The position numbers and the translations under genes were made by a program. The notes below the pieces were generated by a model. The model was not told the DNA's origin, did no database searches, and was given only the letters and a program-made list of their open reading frames with translations. This document shows positions 17,992-26,083 of a stretch of 30,737 bases of DNA, one piece after another. This DNA comes from a virus (lineage: Duplodnaviria > Caudoviricetes): positions 1-30,737 of the IMG/VR virus record IMGVR_UViG_3300035670_000933; one strand, 5' to 3'. Every line of letters starts with the position of its first letter. Position 1 is the stretch's first letter.

Positions 17992-18060
17992 TTGAGGAAT
18001 CCTCCGTAGTGAGTTGTGGAATTTTCTTCAGTGAAGTATTCGAGTGCGAGTATCGCGGCT

Positions 18061-19563
18061 CTACTTCGGCTGACTGATTCGTGCTCTCGCTACTTCTTTC
18101 GAACGTAGACGAGTAAAAGCACTTGGCTCAATGTTAGTAGTTTCGTTAGTGCTTCGCAACTCCGCTACGGTGCTCTCGTAGGCAGGGTAGGTCACTACCG
18201 AAACGTCGTATAACTGAACTTCTTTAAGTTCGCGAATACTTCTATCGGTGCTCCACGAATCCTTAATAGTCCTAAATGCGAAACTCATCTGCGAGAGGTC
18301 GCCGCGACTAAGAGCACTCATAACGCGAGCGGCGTCAGGATTAGACGGGTCTAGTTTCGCCTCGACGCGAAGCCCACGTTCGTCCTCGACGAGTTCGAGA
18401 GTACCTGACTTAGTACGAGCGAGCGGAACGCCTTCGTGGTCGATAAGCAGGCGGACGTCAGCGCCGTCCTTAATCGTCTTAGTAAACGCGCCGCGCTTAA
18501 CGTACTCTGTCCAAGGCAACGGCTCTGAAGGAGAATCGAAGACGGCGGCATAGCCAACGAGCGTAGAGCCTTCGCCTTCCGCACGAAGTTCGAGATTCGT
18601 ATATGCGACGGAACGCTTCTCGTCAAACGCCTTCGTTACCCAACGAACTTCGACGTCGCTCTGAATCTGTTCTTTATCTCGTTCCATAATCGCCTCGTCT
18701 ATCCACTTTAGATTCCTTTTATCTAATTGCGCTACTACTCGCTCTGCGTATGCCTGAGCACGACGAGCGCTCTCCTTCGAAGAGCCGCCTCCCCAGAGAA
18801 GCATTGCGACTAGACCAGCCGTAATCTCGTCGTCTTCTACCGCGTCTAAATCGACGATATGCCGCGCTATCCAAGGTGCGATTTTCCGCCACTTGCGTTC
18901 GGTAATACGACCAGCCGCCATTTCGCGAGCGTCTTCTACCGTCTGCGGCTTTAATCCGTCTCCTGAATATCCTTCCTCGTGTAACCGAATTCCGCGACGA
19001 GCAGACTCGCGCATAAACTCAGGAGCGGAGATATCTACGGCGCGAGATTCGTACTCCATAGGAGTCTCTTCTGGCTCCTCTGGCTCCTCTTCGTCGTCTT
19101 CTTCCTCCTGAATCGGTGCTGATTCGGGAACGTTTTCGAGTCCTTTAATTAGCCTTTCAGAGATAATCCAGAACTTACAAATAGCCTCTGGCGCTATCTC
19201 TCCTTCGACGATTTCGCAGGCGCGACCACCCTCGTAGAAGACACAATTCGCGCAAATTAAACCGTCCTCGCTAAAAGGCGATTCCTCGACGTAATGCGAG
19301 CCGTGTTCTCCTGCTCCTTTATCGAACTTTCCGTATTCCTCCGCGATTCCTTCGAGGAGGTCATAAAGCACGTTCTGAACAGGCGATAAACCTTCTCCGC
19401 CGTTCCTCTCTTCCTCTTCGTAAGCGGACGTAACCGCAACGAAATGCGCCTGAGCCTCTTCTTTCGTCGCGTGGCAACCGCCGTCAATAGGCGTCTTTTC
19501 GCCTTCCTTAACTACAGCGAAACCGCTACAGCCTTCAGCGTCAGAAATAATTTCGTACGGCAT
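18061..19563 (-). CDS. HK97-type prohead protease with long multidomain N-terminal extension
   Basis: C-terminal GYAAVF...GAF...LIDH...MSFAF...DVSVVTYPAY; N-terminal HiPIP-like Cys4 domain and a LLWGG domain. Confidence 0.9.
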   Translation of the reverse strand: MPYEIISDAEGCSGFAVVKEGEKTPIDGGCHATKEEAQAHFVAVTSAYEEEERNGGEGLSPVQNVLYDLLEGIAEEYGKFDKGAGEHGSHYVEESPFSEDGLICANCVFYEGGRACEIVEGEIAPEAICKFWIISERLIKGLENVPESAPIQEEEDDEEEPEEPEETPMEYESRAVDISAPEFMRESARRGIRLHEEGYSGDGLKPQTVEDAREMAAGRITERKWRKIAPWIARHIVDLDAVEDDEITAGLVAMLLWGGGSSKESARRAQAYAERVVAQLDKRNLKWIDEAIMERDKEQIQSDVEVRWVTKAFDEKRSVAYTNLELRAEGEGSTLVGYAAVFDSPSEPLPWTEYVKRGAFTKTIKDGADVRLLIDHEGVPLARTKSGTLELVEDERGLRVEAKLDPSNPDAARVMSALSRGDLSQMSFAFRTIKDSWSTDRSIRELKEVQLYDVSVVTYPAYESTVAELRSTNETTNIEPSAFTRLRSKEVARARISQPK

Positions 19564-19565
19564 AT

Positions 19566-19826
19566 TTAATCCGTATCAGGGAGAAGAACGCGAACGTCTT
19601 CGGTTGCGGAAACGACTACAGCGTAAATCGTTTCATCGGGTGGAATGGTGAACTCAACAGGACTCGTATGTTTCTCAGTAAGAAGACCAGTCGAGGTAGT
19701 TACCGTCGAATTACCTAGATATATAGGCTGATTTCCTACTACGTGAAGATAGATAGTACGCCACTTATTATCAGGCGGTATAACGAGAGTAGGAGTAGTC
19801 GCCACCGTTACTGAAATAGATTTCAT
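19566..19826 (-). CDS. Hypothetical beta-rich virion-module protein
   Basis: IYLGNSTVTTSTG pattern; ATGA overlap with the portal gene. Confidence 0.7.
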   Translation of the reverse strand: MKSISVTVATTPTLVIPPDNKWRTIYLHVVGNQPIYLGNSTVTTSTGLLTEKHTSPVEFTIPPDETIYAVVVSATEDVRVLLPDTD

Positions 19827-20998
19827 TGTGGCGGCTCCGCGTCTGTTCCGATATCAGCAGTAGCGGCGACGTCCGAAACGGGAAGCGCCATAACGAACTT
19901 ATCTCCGCCTTCGAACGGCTCCTTATTCTCGACAGCGCGAGCCTCGTTCGGCGTAAGAGTTCCCGAACTAATCTGAATCTGTTGAGCACGAACACGTGTA
20001 AGAAGGTCAGCGCGTTGGAATTCGTCCGTATTAAATCGCACCTTCTGACCTAGCGGAAGCATTTCGCTAAGTGCGTCTTCGATACGGCGGAGCCACGGGA
20101 GCAGGGTATAGCGCACGAAGTTGATACCCATACTTTCGACGTTCTGGTAAGTCTGCGAGTCTCCTCCGCTTCCGTTAATCATATGGAGCGGAATTCGATA
20201 AGCGCGAGCGATATCGCGAACTACGGCTTCGCGGTGTTCGAGCATTTGCATATCTGCGGCGCTCGTAAGAATCGGACGCCACTTTAAGCCGCTTGTAAGA
20301 ACGGCTGGACGACGGTGTTTATAGTGCGAGTCTTCCCACTGCTGACGAATAAGTTCCGCCTGTTCTTTAGTTAGCGACGTATCCGTTTCGAGAACGCTCG
20401 ACGGCGTAGCGCCTTCGCCGTAGAATTGCGAAAGGAATCTATCCATAGCGATACTCATACCGATAGTGTTCCGAAGTGCTTCGAGCGGCGAAATAGAACG
20501 ACGCTGATTAGGAAGGCGAAGCCAATGAACGGCGCGAATTTCTCCGTCCTTATATTCGCGTTTGTCGATTTTAAAGTATTCGTTTCCTTCGTCGTCGAAG
20601 ACTTCTGCGACTTTAAACGGGTGGATATTTCGCATTTCTACAGGAAGTTCTCCAGCGCGGCGCGGCGCGTAAATGTAATCGGTTCCGTGAAGCGCGAGAG
20701 TTACCGTCATCTGGTGAATAAATTCGAACATCGTCTGTTCGCTATTCGGACGAATAAGAAGAGACGGAGTAGGAAGGCGTTCGATTCTGCCTCCTCTATC
20801 GCGAGTAAGTTCGAGCGGCATAGACGCGACGGAATCCGCGATAAGAGTTACACACGCAAGAACGGAAGAGACAGAAAATGCGGAAGTCTCCGTAACGATT
20901 TCCCCTGAGTAGTTCGGGAAGTACGGACGCGCAGAAATCTGATACGGGTCAATATTCGTAGGGAGAGCACGAGCCTCACGTTTACGCCAAAGACTCAC
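19823..20998 (-). CDS. Portal protein, HK97 family
   Basis: V.ACVTLIADSVASMPL, RPN, SPL, IARAYRIP, TPNEARA.E. Confidence 0.95.
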   Translation of the reverse strand: MSLWRKREARALPTNIDPYQISARPYFPNYSGEIVTETSAFSVSSVLACVTLIADSVASMPLELTRDRGGRIERLPTPSLLIRPNSEQTMFEFIHQMTVTLALHGTDYIYAPRRAGELPVEMRNIHPFKVAEVFDDEGNEYFKIDKREYKDGEIRAVHWLRLPNQRRSISPLEALRNTIGMSIAMDRFLSQFYGEGATPSSVLETDTSLTKEQAELIRQQWEDSHYKHRRPAVLTSGLKWRPILTSAADMQMLEHREAVVRDIARAYRIPLHMINGSGGDSQTYQNVESMGINFVRYTLLPWLRRIEDALSEMLPLGQKVRFNTDEFQRADLLTRVRAQQIQISSGTLTPNEARAVENKEPFEGGDKFVMALPVSDVAATADIGTDAEPPQ

Positions 20999-21132
20999 GC
21001 CAGAATTCCTCCGATAACGATTAGAAGTACGCCGCTAGTAATAATCGCCACAGGTACGCTAAACGTTCCTACGCCGACGACTACAAGTATGCCACCTATA
21101 AGTTCGGCTGTCGTGGTAAGTAGTTTTCTCAT
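20995..21132 (-). CDS. Small two-TM membrane protein (45 aa, not in ORF track)
   Basis: MRKLLTTTAELIGGILVVVGVGTFSVPVAIITSGVLLIVIGGILA; overlaps terL (ATGA) and portal (GTGA). Confidence 0.75.
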   Translation of the reverse strand: MRKLLTTTAELIGGILVVVGVGTFSVPVAIITSGVLLIVIGGILA

Positions 21133-22634
21133 TTCCATATATCCATAATCGTCGGTGCGTCTATGATACGCGTTTTCGTAGTCGCTCTATCTACTGCCAT
21201 AACGAGCGCTATTGCGGCGTCGATTTTTCTTCGGCTTTTTCCTTTCGAGAGTCGCCACCCGTTATCCGTCATACGTTGAGCGGCTGATAATACTTGGTCT
21301 GTAAACGTAGGAGAGCCGTCGTGGGCTATTTTCCCGTTTACGATTAACTCGTAAGCGTTACCGCAGGCAGGAACGAGACGCGAAGACGTCTGCGGATACT
21401 CGACCATAGGAAGTCCGTCGTCGGCTAGTGCTTCAGCCGAACGCTGGAAATAAGCAGGGTCGTAAACGAATTCCCGTACTTCGTAGGTGTTATGGATTTC
21501 CCGTAGGTAGTGCTCGACTGCGGCGATATCTACGCCTTCGTCTTTCGGTTGCCAGATTTTCGCTCGTACGACTAGCCGTGTCTCCTGCTGTTGCGCGATA
21601 ACTACGGCTATCGAGTCGTGTTTAAGAGCCATATCTATTCCGACGTAAACGGGTAGTTCTTCGTCTATCTCATCTTCGGAAACGCAACGCTCCCACGAGC
21701 CAGCAGGAAGCCACGACTCCTGAGCGCGCACCCACTGATTTAAACGCCAACGACGGAACGCGCTTTCAGAAGTCTGCTTTACCGCCGTCTCGAAATCCTC
21801 TAACGAAAGGAGTCGTTCCGCAATATTCGGATTCGCGGTACGCCACGCGGCTTTGTCGTTTAGGTCGCAGTCTGGCGGAGCCTCCCACCACCAGAAGCCG
21901 TAAGACTCGTCTACGACTTCCTTCGCCGCGCACCTCTTCCCGTAGTCGTAAAGTTCGCCACAGAGCGAAGATAGGTCATAGCCAGCCGTCGTAATCGAGA
22001 CTACGAGCGGCTCTATACGTGCTCCGCTACCTAGCGTCATCTGGTCGTAGAGGTCGCTCGTTCCCTGATTCCATAACTCGTCGAAGAGCACGAGAGACGG
22101 ATTAAGTCCAGCCTGCGAACGGAATTCCGACGAAAGTACGCGGAAGATAGAACCGAAGCGCGGCATTTCGAGCGCGTCGCGATATACGCGGCACTCTTTC
22201 GAGAGAATAGGACTCGCCTGAATCTGCTGTTTAGCCTCGTTAAAAATAATTCGCGCCTGTTGCCTATCTCCTGCGACGGCGTAGATTTCCGCGCCTGCCT
22301 CGCCTGCGACTAAGCCATAAACGGCGATAGCGGAACCTAGAAGACTCTTACCCTGTTTACGAGGAAGCCCGATAAGTGCTCGACGATAACGAAGACGTCC
22401 GTTCGGCGTTCGCTCATAGAGAGCACGAAGTAACCACTTCTGCCACGAAGTAAAGTCGAGCGGCTCGCCTGCGCGATTACCTTTTAGAACCGTGAAATGG
22501 TCGAGAGCGAACCGAATAATTTCGTCGCCGTCAGACGGCTTATAGATACGCGGCGTGTAGTACGTCGGTTTCCACTTATTCGACGGCTCTAGCGCGTTTC
22601 GCCGCGATACGTTTATGGAGGTCTGCGAACTCAC
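21129..22634 (-). CDS. terL: Terminase large subunit
   Basis: Walker A PRKQGKS, Walker B LVLFDE, ITTAG, nuclease GIDMA...D and KIDAAIA. Start position uncertain. Confidence 0.96.
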   Translation of the reverse strand: MSSQTSINVSRRNALEPSNKWKPTYYTPRIYKPSDGDEIIRFALDHFTVLKGNRAGEPLDFTSWQKWLLRALYERTPNGRLRYRRALIGLPRKQGKSLLGSAIAVYGLVAGEAGAEIYAVAGDRQQARIIFNEAKQQIQASPILSKECRVYRDALEMPRFGSIFRVLSSEFRSQAGLNPSLVLFDELWNQGTSDLYDQMTLGSGARIEPLVVSITTAGYDLSSLCGELYDYGKRCAAKEVVDESYGFWWWEAPPDCDLNDKAAWRTANPNIAERLLSLEDFETAVKQTSESAFRRWRLNQWVRAQESWLPAGSWERCVSEDEIDEELPVYVGIDMALKHDSIAVVIAQQQETRLVVRAKIWQPKDEGVDIAAVEHYLREIHNTYEVREFVYDPAYFQRSAEALADDGLPMVEYPQTSSRLVPACGNAYELIVNGKIAHDGSPTFTDQVLSAAQRMTDNGWRLSKGKSRRKIDAAIALVMAVDRATTKTRIIDAPTIMDIWK

Positions 22635-23049
22635 TCGTCTTCACTTCTCCTACTCCCAGATTCGCTCTATCTGTCGGACTAAATCCTATCTGACCTAGAA
22701 GTTTCGCTATCTGATTATCTAACTCGCGCAAGCCGCGACGTTCGCGCCACGCGTCAGGCTGAGAGAGAACGCGAGCACGTAACTGAACTCGCTCGTCGAG
22801 TAACTCGCAAGCCATAAGGACAAGTTCGCCGTCGATAGACGGCTTTAGCCAAGGTGCGCCTCCCGTCCAAACGGCTTCCCAGAGACGCATACCGTACGGC
22901 GAGAGTTTCCTATGCGGTTCAGGGATATCGCTATGAGCAGTAGGAAGCGCGATTACCTCCGCCTTCGGAAGTTTCCGCTTTCCTAGATTCCCTAAACGAA
23001 TCTTCTGTTCGACAGGCTTTGGACGCCTGCCGCTACCTTTCCCACCCAC
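22576..23049 (-). CDS. terS: Terminase small subunit (P27-like)
   Basis: GRRPKP...GNLGKR at the N-terminus, GFSPTDR near the C-terminus; GTG at 23049 with AGGAGG RBS. Confidence 0.88.
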   Translation of the reverse strand: MGGKGSGRRPKPVEQKIRLGNLGKRKLPKAEVIALPTAHSDIPEPHRKLSPYGMRLWEAVWTGGAPWLKPSIDGELVLMACELLDERVQLRARVLSQPDAWRERRGLRELDNQIAKLLGQIGFSPTDRANLGVGEVKTSEFADLHKRIAAKRARAVE

Positions 23050-23251
23050 TAGGAGCACCTCCTACGAGCAGGATTCGTGGTGACGTCTACCCTTCCGTGA
23101 AAAACGGGGTGAAACGGCGATTTCCCTTTATTCATAAGTGTTTCGAGAATACTTCTTTTTACGCGGCTACGCATAAAGAGACGGGCAGGGGAGCCGTAGG
23201 TACGCGGTCTAGAAAAAATCGCACACCTGCGCGTGTCGAGTGCTGGTCTGG

Positions 23252-23554
23252 TCATCTGCGGTGTTCTCTCGCGCCTCGTCGAGAGTTACAGGAGCGGTGC
23301 GCTGGTAGTAGGGGTGACGTCGGTTCTCCCGTTAGTACGTGGTCTGCGGTGAACGGGTCGTCTGGTCGTGCTCCTTCGCCGCATATCCAGCAGGCTTCGG
23401 CGTTCTCTCTTACTGCTTTCGCTCTCGTCTTATAGGTTCCTTTGTAGTGAGGACGCGTCGCGTTTCGTACTGCTTCTCGTATCTTCGTACACGTGTCGCA
23501 CCTGCTGGAGTTAGGCGTTAGTTGTCCGCAGTTTAGACAAGGCTTCTTAATCAT
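23252..23554 (-). CDS. HNH endonuclease (terminase-associated)
   Basis: CWICG...TADH...AHRSCNSRRG; upstream of terS like HK97 gp74. Confidence 0.88.
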   Translation of the reverse strand: MIKKPCLNCGQLTPNSSRCDTCTKIREAVRNATRPHYKGTYKTRAKAVRENAEACWICGEGARPDDPFTADHVLTGEPTSPLLPAHRSCNSRRGAREHRR

Positions 23555-24204
23555 TTCTCTATTATGAAGCCTGAGAACTCTCCGAATCGGAAGAACTCGT
23601 AGTAGACGAACGGGAAGATATCGCGGCTTATGGGTCGCTGGATTCCCGACAGGCTGAGTTCCTTCTGGAGGATTTCGTTCGCGTCTACGCCGCTCGCGAC
23701 CTTTCCTGCGAGGGTAAGACGGCGGTAGATAGTGCCGATATAGCGAGAGGCGTCTTCGGTTTTATCTACGACGATTAGCGCTCCTCCTACGTTGAGGTTG
23801 TCGTATAGGCGGCGGAGGTAAGGCTTTCGTTCTGCTATCGGGAGGAACATAAGCACGAGGAAGAGCGTCGCGACGTCGAACGGTTCGTAGTCGTAGTCGA
23901 GTACGTCGGCTAGTTCGAAGCGTCCGTATCCGTCGAAGAGTTCCTTCATCTGGGGAGAGTTATCTATAGAGACGGCTTCGCAATTACGTGCTTTCAGGGA
24001 ATCGGTTAAGAGGCGCGTTATGTTTCCCGTCGAGGCTCCTATGTCGTAGAGCCTTCCGCCTTCGGGGAGATAGTGCCTAGCGATATGCGCTACGGCTCCT
24101 GCTACGAGGTCATAGAAGGGTAACTGTTCCCGTACGTGCCGCTCGAAGCCTGCCGCTACGTTTGCGTTTTTAAACGTCCAGTCACGAGGTATTTCGAACG
24201 TCAC
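23551..24204 (-). CDS. CmoA-like class I SAM-dependent enzyme (carboxy-SAM synthase family)
   Basis: DWTF...VA..F..HV...LPFY, YDIGASTG, IDNS..M, LMFL...R...L..LY..L..GGALI..DK match the CmoA layout. Confidence 0.72.
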   Translation of the reverse strand: MTFEIPRDWTFKNANVAAGFERHVREQLPFYDLVAGAVAHIARHYLPEGGRLYDIGASTGNITRLLTDSLKARNCEAVSIDNSPQMKELFDGYGRFELADVLDYDYEPFDVATLFLVLMFLPIAERKPYLRRLYDNLNVGGALIVVDKTEDASRYIGTIYRRLTLAGKVASGVDANEILQKELSLSGIQRPISRDIFPFVYYEFFRFGEFSGFIIEK

Positions 24205-25265
24205 GGAAGCCTCCTAAGTATCTCGTCTCTAATCGTTTCGCCTACGCGCTTCATCATTAGCGGAGGTACGGAACGTCCGATTCGTTCGGCTCGTTCGCGA
24301 TACGTTCCTGTTAGTTCGAAGTCAGCAGGGAACGAACAGAGAGCGCGGAGTTCTCGAAGGTTAAACTTTCGCGGCTCGAAGGGGTGAGTTACGGACGCGG
24401 CTCCTACTACTCCTGCGGTAGCGGTAATCGTTAGGCAAGGCTTAACGGGAGAGACGCGGACGAGGTTTAAATACTTACGCGAGACGACGCCTAGACGTAG
24501 GTTCTTATATTCGCGTCCTATCGCGTAGCGCGTGAAATCCAAGTCTTCTCCTGTCTCAGGGTCGAACCTTCCGACGTGAGCAGGAATCGAGAGGTATTCG
24601 CCTAACGCGTCACGGACGGTAGGACGAGTAGGAAGGGGAGCAGGGAAGACAGGCGCTAGTCCTAAGTCCTCGCGTACTCCGACGAAGATAAGGCGCTCAC
24701 GTTTCTGCGGTACTCCGCACCTAGAGGCGTCTACTATTCGCGCTTCGACGCGATAACCGCAGGAGCGGAGGCGGCGAAGAATCTCTTTAAAGTATCCGAT
24801 AGCGGTTCCTACGGTTAAGCCTTTGACGTTCTCTGCGACGAATACCTTCGGCTGAATATCGTTAAGGATTCGAGCGAACTCAAAAAACAGGTCGTCTGAG
24901 CGTTGCGCGGTATCGGAATAGTTACTTACGTTTCCCCACCCGTCTTCGCGTTTACCTGACGTAGAGAACGCGGCGCAGGGAGGAGAGCCTTCGAGAAGGT
25001 CTACTTCGTCTAATCCTGCGAGCGCTAGAAGGTGCTTACCGTTTATCTCTCGTATATCGGCAGGGCTGATAGGTACGCCGTCGTGATTAAGACGGTAGGT
25101 ATCTCGCGCCGCTTCGACGAATTCGGACGCGGCTCGTATCTCGAAGCCTGCCATTTCGAGTCCTAGACAGGAGCCACCACAGCCAGAGAAAGTAGAGATA
25201 GCCGTAAAGCCGTTCGTACCGCGAACACGGCGAACCTCTTCCATAGAAGGAAGTACGAAGTCCAT
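24201..25265 (-). CDS. C5-cytosine DNA methyltransferase homolog with variant motif X
   Basis: FSGCGG (I), GSPPC (IV), ENV (VI), QKRER (VIII), IGRSVPP (X). ATG at 25265 is TAATG-coupled to the ParB-like gene. Confidence 0.93.
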   Translation of the reverse strand: MDFVLPSMEEVRRVRGTNGFTAISTFSGCGGSCLGLEMAGFEIRAASEFVEAARDTYRLNHDGVPISPADIREINGKHLLALAGLDEVDLLEGSPPCAAFSTSGKREDGWGNVSNYSDTAQRSDDLFFEFARILNDIQPKVFVAENVKGLTVGTAIGYFKEILRRLRSCGYRVEARIVDASRCGVPQKRERLIFVGVREDLGLAPVFPAPLPTRPTVRDALGEYLSIPAHVGRFDPETGEDLDFTRYAIGREYKNLRLGVVSRKYLNLVRVSPVKPCLTITATAGVVGAASVTHPFEPRKFNLRELRALCSFPADFELTGTYRERAERIGRSVPPLMMKRVGETIRDEILRRLP

Positions 25266-25762
25266 TACGTCGTCGAGCCGCTCCACTCGTAGCCGCACTT
25301 CGGACATTTATGTTCGGTAGCCAAATCGGTATCGACGGTAGGGAACGCGTCAGGAATTTCGTTTTCGATATCGGAAATAATCTCGTCGAGAGCGTCGCCG
25401 TCGAAGAGCGTTCCTGAAAGTTCGAGGGGAGTAGCGGCGAGTTCTTCTAGAATCTCTTTAAGAACGTTTGAGTCGTAAGTAGCGAGGTCGTTAGCGCGGT
25501 TATCTGCGAGCAGGATACGAAGCGCTCTATCGTCGTCGCAGTCGATATAGCCCACTTCGATATCGTTCCAGCCAAGAAGTTTCGCGGCTTTAAACGTATG
25601 ATTCCCTGCGAGAATAAAGTTCGTTCCCTGCTGAACGACGAGCGGACGATACTGACCGTTCTCGCGGAGGCTTTCGCTAATCGCGCCTACGTCTCCCTGA
25701 CGAGCGTTCTTAGGGTGAGGCTTTAAGTCGTCTACGGATACTCGTTCGTATCTAATTTCCAC
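25265..25762 (-). CDS. ParB/Srx-like domain protein with C-terminal Zn ribbon
   Basis: LKPHPKNAR, ILAGNH, LADNR, HKCPKCGYEW. Confidence 0.88.
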   Translation of the reverse strand: MEIRYERVSVDDLKPHPKNARQGDVGAISESLRENGQYRPLVVQQGTNFILAGNHTFKAAKLLGWNDIEVGYIDCDDDRALRILLADNRANDLATYDSNVLKEILEELAATPLELSGTLFDGDALDEIISDIENEIPDAFPTVDTDLATEHKCPKCGYEWSGSTT

Positions 25763-25803
25763 TTCTCGCTCCTTCGATAGGAGCGAAATGGTATCAGACT
25801 TTT

Positions 25804-25853
25804 AGCCTCTTCAGTAGCGGCACTACCGCTAGACGCCTCGCGGCGTTTCGGCT
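25804..25853 (-). ncRNA. Type II hammerhead ribozyme (downstream copy)
   Basis: AGCC GAAA CGCC-GCGA-GGCG UC UAGCGG-UAGUG-CCGCUA CUGAAGA GGCU: complete core and three stems; predicted cut after the C at 25832. Confidence 0.93.
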
Positions 25854-25858
25854 TCTGC

Positions 25859-26008
25859 TTACTTTAAGCGGCAGGCGATAAGGAACTTCTCGCGGTCAAA
25901 ACGCGGATTATCGTCCTCGAAGATATCCATAAGCGTTTCGATAAGAACGATAATGTCCGTTCCCTCTGAAATCGCCTTCGCTATTTTCTCGTAGTGCTTC
26001 CTAGTCAT
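25859..26008 (-). CDS. 49-aa phage protein between the two hammerheads
   Basis: MTRKHYEKIAKAI...DNPRFDREKFLIACRLK; GAGGAGG RBS before ATG at 26008. Confidence 0.85.
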   Translation of the reverse strand: MTRKHYEKIAKAISEGTDIIVLIETLMDIFEDDNPRFDREKFLIACRLK

Positions 26009-26033
26009 ATTTCCTCCTCTTAGATTTCCGACG

Positions 26034-26083
26034 AGCCTCGTCAGGAGCGGCGATACCGCTCGACGCCTTGCGGCGTTTCGGCT
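26034..26083 (-). ncRNA. Type II hammerhead ribozyme (upstream copy)
   Basis: AGCC GAAA CGCC-GCAA-GGCG UC GAGCGG-UAUCG-CCGCUC CUGACGA GGCU; predicted cut after the C at 26062; compensatory change relative to the other copy. Confidence 0.93.

Noticed and set aside
17994-18004. GAGG-AAT-CCTC mini-hairpin over the capsid RBS
   Set aside because: A 4-bp stem with a 3-nt loop is too weak to support a regulatory claim.
23049-23255. 68-aa ORF between HNH and terS
   Set aside because: It has an ATGA overlap but atypical composition and lies in the expected cos region; not supportable as a gene, though not excluded.
25804-26083. The 50-bp direct repeats as a CRISPR array, att sites or terminators
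   Set aside because: Only two copies, separated by a gene, with no cas or integrase genes; the hammerhead core and compensatory change explain them.
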